In this document: piece by piece, positions 29,780 to 40,430 of the stretch
Position numbering within the stretch: position 1 is the first letter of the stretch
Layout of the letters: every line of letters begins with the position of its first letter
From: a virus
IMG/VR virus record: IMGVR_UViG_3300032018_000004
Coordinates: 16,975-80,974 of that record
Strand: one strand, 5' to 3'
DNA length: 64,000 bases
Made by a program: the position numbers and the translations under genes
Notes under the pieces: model-generated
What the model saw: only the letters and a program-made list of their open reading frames with translations
Told to the model about the DNA's origin: nothing
Databases searched by the model: none

Positions 29780-30019
29780 ATGCAAACCACAATTAAAGAA
29801 ATGGCAAACACATTTTCAATCAATGGGATAATCCCCAACAAGGCAGAGCTAGGAATCCTCCTGAAATTCGCACAAGCCTCTGGAGAGGCGAAGGTTGCAG
29901 GACACGAACCTAATTTTGGAAGAAAGGGAAGGCCGGGAATTGTGTGGGAGATTTCAAACAATCTGAATTTCAAGATCGTTAAACGTGGGAAGTTGATGCC
30001 TAAGAAGAAGGAGAAGTGA
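29780..30019 (+). CDS. hypothetical protein
   Basis: Coupled ORF. Confidence 0.6.
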   Translation: MQTTIKEMANTFSINGIIPNKAELGILLKFAQASGEAKVAGHEPNFGRKGRPGIVWEISNNLNFKIVKRGKLMPKKKEK

Positions 30020-30639
30020 AGATGCATTGTCATTGTGAAGTTATTATGCCCCCGACAAACGACATTCAAAAAACCATAACTGAAATTCTCGAACCGTTTA
30101 ATGAGAAAAACGAGGAGAATTCATCCGGGCATCCATTCTTCAATTGGTTTGTTATCGGAGGAAAATGGGCCGGGACAAAAGAGACATGTAGATATGATAC
30201 CGACAAAATCGACTTGTTTTGTAAACGATTGGAGGAAGCGAAGGTAACTGTTTCTGGAATTCAATTTGGAAAGCAAGAATTATCTTCCAAAAGTCAGATA
30301 CCTATTGTTGACAAGATGTGGAACGATCTTTTCCCCACGGAGAATGGGGAAATAACGCCCTGCCCTATTTGTATGTTTGATGAAATCCCGGATAGTCTTT
30401 CATGTTCGCGGGTAATTATTGCTGCTCCTTCTCATAACGGAGAATCTATTGAGGCAAAATTTATGATTTGTGAAGATCAGTGGAATGGAGTAAACCACAT
30501 GCCTATCGAGTGGGATGGGAAAGTAAAACAAGCAATTAAGATGTTCACTGATAAATTCAAAACATACAGTCCTGAATATGTGAAGACAATAATGCCACAA
30601 TCGAACTGGATATGTGTCACGATTGACTATCATTCATAA
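30016..30639 (+). CDS. hypothetical protein
   Basis: WFVIGGKW and C-terminal IDYHS motifs. Confidence 0.7.
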   Translation: MKMHCHCEVIMPPTNDIQKTITEILEPFNEKNEENSSGHPFFNWFVIGGKWAGTKETCRYDTDKIDLFCKRLEEAKVTVSGIQFGKQELSSKSQIPIVDKMWNDLFPTENGEITPCPICMFDEIPDSLSCSRVIIAAPSHNGESIEAKFMICEDQWNGVNHMPIEWDGKVKQAIKMFTDKFKTYSPEYVKTIMPQSNWICVTIDYHS

Positions 30640-30885
30640 ATAGGAGAAGTGATAATGGATAATGAAATTCTAATCTTAAAGGAAGATGGAAAGGCCAAGG
30701 TCAAAATAACCAATGCGAAATTAAAGCTGGGATGAGAGGTGGATTTGTAATAACAAGCCAAATTGATAAGGAATATCCCGACTTATTTTGCTCAGAGCCA
30801 TATGTTGATTAAGTCCCTTTGATATTGTGAATGGTGGGGTTTATAAAGGAAATGTAGTAGGATGGCTTTAATTACGATTTAACCC

Positions 30886-30914
30886 TTGACAAAACACAAA
30901 ACATTTCTTAGAAT
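30886..30914 (+). promoter_or_regulatory. sigma70 promoter
   Basis: TTGACA-N17-TAGAAT. Confidence 0.65.
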
Positions 30915-30992
30915 ATAATTAAAGGGCAATATAGCCCCATGTAGTGCCAGCAGTTTAAAAACGTCAAACTCAATCTATAAGGAGGAAAAGTC

Positions 30993-31352
30993 ATGACGAA
31001 TCTGGCAGTAGTCGAAAGAACCATTGAGCAGGTAAATGAAGCAAAGATCAACAACAAATTCCGGCTCACTCCTGGGAGATTGAATGAGGTTTTTGAATTT
31101 CTGAAAATCCCGTACAAGACTTCCAGCCGTAAGATCGGGAAAGGAAGTAGGGTGTACGAATTGGAGAACAAGAAGGGCACAACCATTGCTTTCAATTCCA
31201 TGAAGGATTTGCTCTATTCTACTCCAATTGCAAAAGCCATTCAGAAGAGGGCGAAGGCTCAGATGACCATTGTGGAGAACTTCTTCGCTGATCTGAATGG
31301 GGAGAAGAAGCACAGGAAGGTTAGAAAGCCTTCTCTGGTGAAAGCTGCATAG
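30993..31352 (+). CDS. basic hypothetical protein
   Basis: AAGGAGG RBS with its own promoter. Confidence 0.7.
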   Translation: MTNLAVVERTIEQVNEAKINNKFRLTPGRLNEVFEFLKIPYKTSSRKIGKGSRVYELENKKGTTIAFNSMKDLLYSTPIAKAIQKRAKAQMTIVENFFADLNGEKKHRKVRKPSLVKAA

Positions 31353-31361
31353 GTTTAGAGT

Positions 31362-31448
31362 TTGTCTGGTGGGAGCGCCCAAGCTGGCGGCGGTGATGTC
31401 TAGTCAACATTGCGATGAAGTGTGACAGCTTCTACTCCAACCTGACAA
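31362..31448 (+). ncRNA. candidate small hairpin ncRNA
   Basis: Nested TTGTC/GACAA, GGAG/CTCC, AAGCTG/CAGCTT, GTGATGT/ACATTGC pairings. Confidence 0.4.
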
Positions 31449-31455
31449 TTTGTTT

Positions 31456-31497
31456 AATGCCGTTCTTGGAGAAATCTTTGGGCGGCATTTTTATTTT
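31456..31497 (+). terminator. intrinsic terminator
   Basis: AATGCCGTTC...GGGCGGCATT followed by a T tract. Confidence 0.7.
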
Positions 31498-31585
31498 CAA
31501 AATTAGATTTTGTTGTTGATTTGAGGATTAACATTTTGTATATTGAATTATAGATTTTAGATTATTTGACGATAAGGAGAAGGAA

Positions 31586-31990
31586 ATGAAAAAGAAAATT
31601 GATCCAAACATTTACCCAATAATCGAACAAGCAATCGACAAAGCGGCAGAAATTAGTTCCAAAATCAAACAACTCGAAAAAGAAATCGAGCCATTGAAGA
31701 AAGAGATTGAAAAATTCGTGAGGGATAACTACACAGATAGGGAAATTCTGGTTGGTGTAACTCTTTCAGGTCAAAACGGAATTGATAAGATTGCAGGATC
31801 AGAAAAACGAGCAGACGCAAAACCTGACGCTGTTTTTGAGTACCTGGATAAGAAAGGATTGGGAGATCGGTTCCTCGATTTGGTGAAGGTCCAAGTAAAA
31901 TGTCTTGATGATCTCGTTGGTGCTGAGAAGTCTCATGAGTTCCGGCCAGTTATTGGGATTCAGATGCGCCAATCATTGAGTTTGAAATAA
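31586..31990 (+). CDS. coiled-coil hypothetical protein
   Basis: AAGGAG RBS. Confidence 0.7.
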   Translation: MKKKIDPNIYPIIEQAIDKAAEISSKIKQLEKEIEPLKKEIEKFVRDNYTDREILVGVTLSGQNGIDKIAGSEKRADAKPDAVFEYLDKKGLGDRFLDLVKVQVKCLDDLVGAEKSHEFRPVIGIQMRQSLSLK

Positions 31991-32015
31991 CATAACTATT
32001 AAAAGGAGAAATAAA

Positions 32016-32618
32016 ATGAGAACTTTGGTTTTGACAGAAAAGGATTTTAAGAAAAGAGAAGATGGCTATAAAGAGTATAATGGGAATGAAGATTTTTCTA
32101 AATTTGAGGGGAATCTTGAGATTGAAACTAGTGGATGTTTCTTCTTTAAGGAGATATTCGTATCAGGCCATTTATGGATTAAAGCCGGTGGTTCCATTAA
32201 AGCCGGTGGTTCCATTAAAGCCGGTGGTTCCATTGAAGCCGGTGGTTCCATTGAAGCCGGTGGTTCCATTGAAGCCGGTGATTCCATTAAAGCCGGTGAT
32301 TCCATTAAAGCCGGTGATTCCATTAAAGCCGGTGATTACATTGAAGCCGCAAGAGGTGGGATTTGTTGTGGGCTGACGATAACCTGTAATGGAATTTTGA
32401 AATTTGCATTGAAATTATTCGCCGGGGTTTCCCCTCATTCTTGGAATTCAAATTGCAAAAATACCGTGACTTGCGGGAAGCTTGAAGGTAATGTTGTTTA
32501 TGGAACAGTTGTTGAAACAGGGATTAAGGTAGAAAAAGAAACCATTAATATCGGAGGAAATGTTTATGAAGTCACGGAAGAATTGAAAAATGCTTTGGAA
32601 AATTTGAAGAAGATTTGA
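32016..32618 (+). CDS. hexapeptide-repeat (beta-helix-like) protein
   Basis: Nine I[KE]AG[GD][SY] repeats. Confidence 0.75.
   Translation: MRTLVLTEKDFKKREDGYKEYNGNEDFSKFEGNLEIETSGCFFFKEIFVSGHLWIKAGGSIKAGGSIKAGGSIEAGGSIEAGGSIEAGDSIKAGDSIKAGDSIKAGDYIEAARGGICCGLTITCNGILKFALKLFAGVSPHSWNSNCKNTVTCGKLEGNVVYGTVVETGIKVEKETINIGGNVYEVTEELKNALENLKKI
32178..32348 (+). repeat. 18-bp coding tandem repeat, about 9.5 copies
   Basis: ATT(A/G)AAGCCGGTG(G/A)TTCC units. Confidence 0.95.
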
Positions 32619-32645
32619 AGTAACATAACTACAAGGATGTGAATC

Positions 32646-32852
32646 ATGTTCAAACTCATAAACCAAAACGAAAATCATGACTTCTATTATGAACCAGAAG
32701 GACCACTCTTCAATATTGTCCCGAAAGGCGATCCGTGCGGATTCGGTGGATATAAATCATGCGTGACGGTTATGAAGAAGTTTGGGTATGATGCAAATTG
32801 GTCAAGAGAAATTGCAGCTAGGGAAAAATTCATGGGGATTAAGAAGAAATAA
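32646..32852 (+). CDS. hypothetical protein
   Basis: ORF with RBS. Confidence 0.55.
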   Translation: MFKLINQNENHDFYYEPEGPLFNIVPKGDPCGFGGYKSCVTVMKKFGYDANWSREIAAREKFMGIKKK

Positions 32853-32997
32853 CTAGAGTAGGCAGAATTTAGAGGTATAGAGCCTCGTATTTGGACGATT
32901 GATGGGTAAGTAATAGGGAAGGATATTAATCTCTGAAGTCGGCTAATTTGAGCGTGTATGATAGCTTAAATTTGATTTCCTTTAAAACATTAGGAAA

Positions 32998-33303
32998 ATG
33001 AGGCAAAACATGAGACTACTTGAAGACGAATTCAATCGCCGTGGCTTTAGATATAAATTAATTTGCAAGAATTCTAAGGCTTTTTGCTATCAGATCAGTG
33101 ATGGAAATGATCTAAGAGGATTTGAAGTTTTCAAGAAAAAGATTTCTAAACCAGCAACAACCGTTATGAATGGCGTTGAAATTAGTTTTGAAGAATGTGA
33201 ACGATTTCCTGGGAATAATGATTTTGGTTCATGGGCTTGGAGTTATATCACATTGCCTTATGCTATGAAACGATTTGAATCAATTAAAATTGGGGAGAAA
33301 TAA
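32998..33303 (+). CDS. hypothetical protein
   Basis: FEVF...ERFPGNNDFGSWAWSY motif. Confidence 0.7.
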   Translation: MRQNMRLLEDEFNRRGFRYKLICKNSKAFCYQISDGNDLRGFEVFKKKISKPATTVMNGVEISFEECERFPGNNDFGSWAWSYITLPYAMKRFESIKIGEK

Positions 33304-33471
33304 AATGAGTAAAATAAAATGTTGCGATGATTGCGATCGTTTTTTGGAAGTAGAAAAAATAGGAGAAGAGGGTTTTTCTGAAGGAATATGCCAAAGATTT
33401 CCTCCTGTCTTGGTTTATGCAGACACTCATCTTTATCCTGACGGATGGGAACAACCTATGGTTAGAGGGAA

Positions 33472-34872
33472 TTGCCGTTGTGGGGAATTTTTAGAGAAGG
33501 CGGCTGGGATTTGAAAATCTCCCTAAAAAGAATTGACCCAACATGCCTTCAAATACTTTCTGGATTAGATCAAATCAAGGAGTGTCTTTCCTATAAGTCT
33601 GAAATATGGGTTAAGGGTCCGTTCAAAAAACACAAGAAAATCATAACTAAAGATTTTGTATACGGAAAGAAAGAAAAATTCGTATATGCAGGATTTGAAA
33701 ATAGAATTTCAGATTATGCAAAGAGAAGAGATATTGAATTTGAAGTGATTGGGGAAAGAGAAATCCTGACTCCGGTAAGGAAGCCGGAATTGGAGGGGAT
33801 AACTCTAAGAGACTACCAATTACAGGCTGTAGAAGAAGCATTTAGACATCAGCAAGGGATCATACAAGCCGGGACGGGCACAGGCAAGAGCTATATGGCG
33901 ATGGCAATTTGTTCCCGTCTTAAAAATCCAAGCGTTCTTTTTCTTGTTCCGAATCTTGATCTTGCTACACAAATCACTAATGATTTCAAGAAGTTCGGAT
34001 ATGATGTTTCTAAGTTGGGTGGTGGAGAAAAAGAAATCAAACATCATATTGTTGTTTCTACCATCCAAACATATTCCAGATTAAATTTAGTAGAATTATC
34101 TTGCAATTATGATTTAGTAATTGTGGATGAAGTTCATCTTGCTTCTGCGAAGAACGCGACCCTAGAAAAAATACTAAGCACATGCCTTGCTCCAATGAGG
34201 ATTGCTTTTTCCGCAACCGTTCCAAAAGAGAATGAAAGGAAACTTGTGCTGGAGGGGTTGTTTGGTCCGATTATATTTGATATGGGTATTAAAAAAGGAA
34301 TTGAAATGGATATATTAGCAACCCCAACCTTAAAGTTGTTAAGAATCCCAATTAGCAAATCTATAGATGAAAAAATAAGTCAAGAGAAAACTTACAAAGC
34401 TGCCTATAAATACGGGATTGTTGAGAATGATTCTCGGAATAGAATTATTGCTAGCACAGCGAAGTTGTTGACAGATGAGGGGAAGATTTGTATAATTTAT
34501 GTGAATGAAATAGAACACTTAAATAGAATCTCCAGAGAATTGGACAAGTTGGGGGTTATTCATAAAAAAGTTCAGGGTGTTTTAGAGGGAAGTGATAGAG
34601 AAACAATTATCTCTAATTTTAAATCTAGGAGATTGAAGTGTGTTGTGGCAACCATATGGAAAGAAGGGACTGATATTCCAGTATTGGATGTGGTAATGTT
34701 GGCCGGTGGAGGAAAAGCCGAAAGAACTCAATTGCAAATATTTGGTCGTGGATTCAGGAAGGCAGAAGGGAAGGATGGGGTTTTGATTTACGATTGTGTT
34801 GACTGTTATAAATATCTGGCTGTTCATTTTGCAATTAGGATCAATTTATATTTGGAACTAGGTTGGATTTAG
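33472..34872 (+). CDS. superfamily 2 DExH helicase (UvsW-like); probable start TTG 33511
   Basis: LRDYQ, GTGTGKS, DEVH, SAT, EGTDIP, QIFGRGFR. Confidence 0.93.
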   Translation: MPLWGIFREGGWDLKISLKRIDPTCLQILSGLDQIKECLSYKSEIWVKGPFKKHKKIITKDFVYGKKEKFVYAGFENRISDYAKRRDIEFEVIGEREILTPVRKPELEGITLRDYQLQAVEEAFRHQQGIIQAGTGTGKSYMAMAICSRLKNPSVLFLVPNLDLATQITNDFKKFGYDVSKLGGGEKEIKHHIVVSTIQTYSRLNLVELSCNYDLVIVDEVHLASAKNATLEKILSTCLAPMRIAFSATVPKENERKLVLEGLFGPIIFDMGIKKGIEMDILATPTLKLLRIPISKSIDEKISQEKTYKAAYKYGIVENDSRNRIIASTAKLLTDEGKICIIYVNEIEHLNRISRELDKLGVIHKKVQGVLEGSDRETIISNFKSRRLKCVVATIWKEGTDIPVLDVVMLAGGGKAERTQLQIFGRGFRKAEGKDGVLIYDCVDCYKYLAVHFAIRINLYLELGWI

Positions 34873-35519
34873 AGTTGACAACCGGAAAGATATTTAGTTC
34901 GATATCTAAAGAGAAGAAATATGGAACAACCAAAATTGACCAAGAAAGAGTGGGAGCAGTTGCTTGAGTATGTTGAAAGGGCCAATGGGTGGTATTATCC
35001 TGATTTGAGAGGTGGGTTCTGGACTCGCCACCACAGAATTCTTGATTTTGTAACCCGTATGACAAAGGGAGAATAAATGAATAAAAATCAGTGGGATGAA
35101 ATTAAAGTAGCTCTCAACAAGGGAGGAGAAAAATTATGATGACTGAAGAGGAAAAAGAATTGTACGATAGTTTTAGGGAAGAGGTAGAAAAATGTTATGA
35201 AGTTGCAAATTCTTTATGCCAGATAAATCCAGAAATTTATGGGACTTGGGTTGGTTCCCCAAGTGAAAGAATAAAGGCACAACTTAAATTTATGAACATT
35301 CTTAAATAGAGGAGTAAACATGCCAGTTTGGGACATCTACACCTACACAATGCTAGTCTACACAATTTTCGGGTTCTTATGGGGAATGAAGCTTGTACCA
35401 TTGGCAAAAACACAAGGGCAAAGATGGATAACATTAGGAGTTGGAGGACCGCTAATTTGGATTTTGTTTATGTATTACTTGACACGTGTGGTGATATTTG
35501 ATAAGAAGTAGGTAAGAGT

Positions 35520-35630
35520 TTGAGATTGGTAATGCAACGGAGCATCTTTGTGTACACACTGGCTATGGCAGATAAACGAATGCGTTGATTTCTGCGAAAG
35601 TTTGCAGGTTCGAGTCCTGCCCAATCTCAA
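35520..35630 (+). ncRNA. tRNA-like RNA with expanded anticodon domain
   Basis: TTGAGATTGG/CCAATCTCAA acceptor, ATGC-AACGGA-GCAT D arm, GCAGG-TTCGAGT-CCTGC T arm, 42-nt loop in place of the anticodon loop. Confidence 0.7.
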
Positions 35631-35655
35631 TTTTAATTAAACGAGGGTAATTGTA

Positions 35656-36081
35656 ATGAAATTTTATGATTCAAATGGGGTTTTAGATAAATTAAAAACT
35701 TCAATTTTCAATAAAACTTCGACAAATAAAGAATGCTCGGGTTTGATTTTTTATGATAACGATGGGAACCAATTCGCCCCATTTGATGTAGAAAAAAGAA
35801 TGAAGAAACTTGAAAGCAAAATATTGAATGAGGAAATAAAAATGAAAAAGATTATTTTGAACGGCAGTACAGACGAGGTTCATATTAAAGATGTTGATGT
35901 GAATAGGCCGATTTTTGTGAAGAAGGATGGGCGATTGATTGGAATTGTATGTAAGGAAATTCATACCACTCATTGTGGAATTTATAATGGGAGGAGCAAT
36001 GCTTGTTCTTCTCACTATAATCTTCATGATCTTATTCAGAACTATTCACAGTATGGCTATACCTTTCATGTGGAGGACTGA
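35656..36081 (+). CDS. hypothetical protein
   Basis: ORF with RBS; may have an internal start. Confidence 0.55.
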   Translation: MKFYDSNGVLDKLKTSIFNKTSTNKECSGLIFYDNDGNQFAPFDVEKRMKKLESKILNEEIKMKKIILNGSTDEVHIKDVDVNRPIFVKKDGRLIGIVCKEIHTTHCGIYNGRSNACSSHYNLHDLIQNYSQYGYTFHVED

Positions 36082-36083
36082 AA

Positions 36084-36350
36084 ATGGAAACACTATTTAT
36101 TGCAGCGATCATTGCACTACTACCGGCGTATATCGCACAATCTAAGGGATATGTCGCGTGGAAATGGTATTTGTACGGCTTCCTTCTCTGGATTATCGCC
36201 TTTCCCCATTCATTATTTCTGAAGAGGAATCTTGAAGTCATGGCGGAAGAAGATGGGTTGGTGAAATGCCCGTATTGCGCTGAGTTCGTCAAGAAGGAGG
36301 CAATCAAGTGCAGGCATTGTCAGAGTGATTTGGTGGAGAAGGTGGCGTGA
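36084..36350 (+). CDS. membrane protein with zinc ribbon
   Basis: Two TM segments, then CPYCAE...CRHC. Confidence 0.75.
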   Translation: METLFIAAIIALLPAYIAQSKGYVAWKWYLYGFLLWIIAFPHSLFLKRNLEVMAEEDGLVKCPYCAEFVKKEAIKCRHCQSDLVEKVA

Positions 36351-36873
36351 TGGAAGACAATTTTCGAGAAAGAATATTTTCGGGTTGGGTTGAAAAGTAC
36401 AGGGATAAATTCAATGACGCAACTATATTTGGAATTCCAATCTCCGAATTGAATGAAGACGAGCTGAGAGCGTCAATTTGTTTTCAAATGGATGATGGAA
36501 AGCAGAAAGCAGAAAGCAAAAGTAGAGAACGCGAAATGTGGAAATTATTTAATAGGAGAAAATAGGATGAGCAATTTTTGGAATTGTAATAGAGAAATTG
36601 TGATTAAGCATGTTGTAGATATGGAATCACTAGAAAGGAAAATCAAAAGTATCGAAACTCGACTTCTGCAACTTGAATGCAGTCATCCAGAAGTCGAGTT
36701 TTATAGAGAGAGAAATGAGTATAATTGGAGTATTTTCCACTTTTATAAAAAATGCAAGAGATGTGATAAGGTTTTGATGTCAACTAATTATGAGAAGGAA
36801 TGGCTGGTTGAGAAAGCAGGAGATTTAGAAAAGAAGCAGAATGCTATCATGAATCAAATTAACGGGATGTAAA

Positions 36874-37824
36874 ATGGTAGAAGATTACGAATTCCATACT
36901 GAAATTAATGAATTGAAAAGCAGAATCGAGAGTCTTGAGTATAAAGTCGAAGATTTGCAGAGAGATATCTTAAACAGGCAAGAAGAACCAATAGCAGATT
37001 TAACACAACCAACACCAGATTTAACACAACTAACACCTAAATTGAATAGAAAGATAAAACCACTTGCCACAAAGAAACCTAAACCCGTTGCCAAAGTTCC
37101 AGAAGATGTTCAAAAGATAATCAATTTCTGGAACAGTCTTGGATTGCGGCAGCACTCTAACCCAAATGCCAAAATTTATCTTGAAATTGTTAAGATGCTA
37201 AAAAAGTTGATGAATGCAAAATTCTTTGAATCAACTTCGCCATATGCAAAATATGCCGGAACTGAATTCACACCAAAACAAATTATGGATTCAATTCACC
37301 AATTCTCATTTGCTGCTCTTAATTTTAATTACAAACCACAAGGATCATTTAAGGAAACTCTAAAGAAGACAAGCCTCCAGGATTTTTTATATAATAATAG
37401 GATTGACAAATCCTTCTTTATTGAGTACCATGAAAATGAAGCTAAGTTATTGGCTGAATCAGATAAGATGGTTGATGATCCCGATCCAGAACAAACCATG
37501 ATTCTGAAAGATGTTTGGGTGAAACAAATTTTGAAGGATATTGCTCCCAATTCATGGTCAACATTCCAGGAGCGTGATTTCAGGAAATGCTCAAAAGAAA
37601 TTGGTGTTTGGTTCGGTAATAATGGAAAGAAGATCGGGAATTATTGGAACGTGAATGGCGATACGGTCATGCACAAGAGGAAGAGGGCAGAACTTTTGAT
37701 GAGTTGCTTGTTGAGTTCAGTGAATGAGGATGTTACAAAATTAACCGTTTCTCATTTAGCATATCCAAGCACATTTAATGAGAAATTTCCGAAGTACTTG
37801 AATCAACAGGGGGTTTTGGAATGA
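36874..37824 (+). CDS. hypothetical protein, possibly replication-associated
   Basis: 316 aa; coiled coil, DLTQxTP x2, IINFWN. Confidence 0.7.
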   Translation: MVEDYEFHTEINELKSRIESLEYKVEDLQRDILNRQEEPIADLTQPTPDLTQLTPKLNRKIKPLATKKPKPVAKVPEDVQKIINFWNSLGLRQHSNPNAKIYLEIVKMLKKLMNAKFFESTSPYAKYAGTEFTPKQIMDSIHQFSFAALNFNYKPQGSFKETLKKTSLQDFLYNNRIDKSFFIEYHENEAKLLAESDKMVDDPDPEQTMILKDVWVKQILKDIAPNSWSTFQERDFRKCSKEIGVWFGNNGKKIGNYWNVNGDTVMHKRKRAELLMSCLLSSVNEDVTKLTVSHLAYPSTFNEKFPKYLNQQGVLE

Positions 37825-38716
37825 TTGAGAAAAAATGTCATGCTGTTTTATATCATGGGCCAGGGCACCAAAGCAGCACAAAATGCCAAATAACTGGACC
37901 TCATTCAATACATAGGGCAGAGTATGGAGGCTATAGACAGGTGGCGTATTGGATCGGTGATGAAAAATTTACTGGGTATTTTGATGAGCCACCAACAGAG
38001 CCAGAATGGGATTATGAATAGCCCTCAAGGAACAAGATAGAGATACCCGCCATGCTTGTGCGGAAGCGGTTATTGGACTATCAGAGCGTCAATTTGGTGG
38101 TGAGATAAATAAAAGTGAAGCACACGCTGCATGTATGAATGCGATTGCTTTATAAAGGAGAGGGTATTATGTTCATCATGAAGTAATTAATGATTTGGTT
38201 TTAGAAGCAATTAAGAAAAGTAAACCTATTTTCACAAGCATTCAAGGTACTTATTGTAGGTGAAAAATATGAAAAGTAGAACTAAATGGCTGACATTTCT
38301 AACTGCACTTTGGTTTGTGATAATAATGACTCTTTTGTGGTTGGCTAAATAGGAGGGGAACATGCCTATAGATATATTTGTAGAGAAAATTGTTCTATCA
38401 TTAGTATTTTGTGGGTTTGGTATATATTGTTTGCATTTGACCAGGGGCAATAATGGGATGTGGCAAACAATATTAAGGCTTGCAATTATATGGTTTTCCT
38501 AAATAGGAGAAAAAATGGAGATTAGTAAAGAATGCATTGAAAACTTAATTAATGGGGCAGCGCTGAACGGGCCTGGAATATTAAGCCATTATGAAGCAAG
38601 CTTAATTTTTAAGATTGCACTAGAAAGAATATCGCCCGACAAAAATATAGGTGAATTGGCTATTGAAATCTTGAGGGAGTTATTTCCGGCCACAAGACCA
38701 ATAGGAATATTGAATA

Positions 38717-39271
38717 ATGACTAGCCAAAATCAAAAATCTCTCTGGCTCTTTGGAATCGCTTTCTACATTCTAATTGCAATTGGATTCATGCAAGCAGAG
38801 AAGAAGGCCGATAAGCTCCAAGAGCAAGTAGATACACTAACAAATGAACTAAGTGGGAATTATAACCTTGACTTTTACTGGACAGATAATGTAAAATTAT
38901 CAGCACCAGAAGAACATATCCTCGCTAAGAACATTTATTACGAATCTGGGGTTGAAGGATATGATGGAAAGCTTGCTGTTGCCCAGGTGACATTAAACAG
39001 ACTAGAATCTGGAAAATGGGGGAATACGATAAAGGAAGTCGTGTATTCCCCAAACCAGTTTTCCTGGACATTGAAGAAGAAACAGGAAGAGCCGAATGGG
39101 GTGTTGTGGGAAGAGAGTAAGCGTGTTGCTAGAGACTTCAATAGGGGATTAAGGATTAAGGAATTGGATTCAGCAACATCATATCATTCTGATTCGGTTA
39201 AGCCTGGGTGGGCTGTTTATGGTGAGCCAATCATTAAGATTGGAAAGCACATTTTTTATAGACAGTCATAA
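38717..39271 (+). CDS. cell wall hydrolase (SleB/Hydrolase_2)
   Basis: LAKNIYYES, AVAQVTLNR, QFSW, IGKHIFY; N-terminal TM segment. Confidence 0.92.
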   Translation: MTSQNQKSLWLFGIAFYILIAIGFMQAEKKADKLQEQVDTLTNELSGNYNLDFYWTDNVKLSAPEEHILAKNIYYESGVEGYDGKLAVAQVTLNRLESGKWGNTIKEVVYSPNQFSWTLKKKQEEPNGVLWEESKRVARDFNRGLRIKELDSATSYHSDSVKPGWAVYGEPIIKIGKHIFYRQS

Positions 39272-39272
39272 A

Positions 39273-40391
39273 TTATCGAAATAATTCACTTTCTTTGTTA
39301 GAGGAACTATAAATGCCTCTATTGTGGATATTAATAGCGCCGTTTGACTTATCAACTACGCCACATGAAGAACAGGTTTGGCTTGTATATGCTGGATCAA
39401 CGGAGAGAAGATAGAAACCTTCTTCTTCAGACCGTAATGCCAGTTTAGCCAGAACCTGCTTGTAAGACCAATATTGAAGTCTGTTTTTAAATTTAGTATT
39501 TAGTTTCGATTTGTATTTTACATTCTTAAGGTCTTCAACCACTACGAGATTATACGACCCAAGGTCGATGTTGTTTACAATTTGGTTAGTGAGATTTTTC
39601 TTGTGGATTAGTAGCTGTTTATAGTTCTTAGAGCCTCGTTTTTTGTCGGCAAGTTTTGCATAAATCTGTTTTAATTCCTCACCATAGTGAAAGCCATTTG
39701 AATCAGAAATTAACTTATTATAGCCGCAATCCAACCCGATTGATTTGCCATGTTGTTTTACTTGTGCTTGTTCTTTCTCATAGAAAAATGTGACGTAGAA
39801 ATTTCCATTGATTTTAGATAATTGAATAGTATTTTTTCGAGTCCAATCTTTAAATTTCAAACTATTCTTGTGCTGTTTAATTGGGACATTAATTGTTTGG
39901 TATAGGCGCTTATCTTTCTTATACGGAGTAGTTATCCTAATAAATGAGTCAAATGAACTGCTTTCCTTAATGTTCCATAAATGATATCCTAAATTTATTG
40001 AAATAGTTTTTACGTCAATTTTAATACGTTTCAAATAATTAATGTTTAGTTCTGAATATTTCTTATTTAAAAACGATTGATGGATATCCTTTATCTTACA
40101 CTTGGTATAAAGTTTCTGATATCGCTTGAATGTTTTGTTTTTTGTGTATTTTAGATTTGAGCGGATTATTTCAGAAGCTGTTTTATAGGATAACTCTTTC
40201 CACGAACTATATTCAAAAACATCATTATGGAGATCTTTGCATGACATTAACTTCTTGAGTGGCAACTCGCCTTTGACGATGAGATCGATATACAAAATTA
40301 CACACTGCTTAAAGTCCTCATGAATCTTTTCGAGGAGGGCAAGTTTGCGTTTATTTGCGAATTTAAGAGTATGTTTAGATGATCTTATCAT
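39273..40391 (-). mobile_element. tnpB: solo IS200/IS605-type TnpB with truncated zinc finger/RuvC-III
   Basis: RuvC-I GLDCG, RuvC-II VVEDL, VDPAYTSQTCSSCG, then directly NGAINI; no transposase nearby. Confidence 0.85.
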
Positions 40392-40430
40392 AATTATGTT
40401 GACTTTGGTTGAATTAATTATTATAGTATC

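Noticed and set aside
31362-31448. Amber suppressor or selenocysteine tRNA (the loop contains CTA)
   Set aside because: No T-arm GTTC motif, D arm or cloverleaf, and CTA is not at the anticodon position.
32062-32376. PLKPVV-repeat and MEPPA-repeat ORFs
   Set aside because: They are alternative and antisense frames of the 18-bp repeat.
38800-38820. Extra GCCGATAAG sigma28 -10 box
   Set aside because: It lies inside the sleB ORF with no TAAAGTTT at the right spacing; CCGATAA near 6721, 56100 and 57437 fails the same test.
39273-40391. Cas12f/Cas14 CRISPR effector
   Set aside because: No repeat-spacer array or cas genes are visible in the window.
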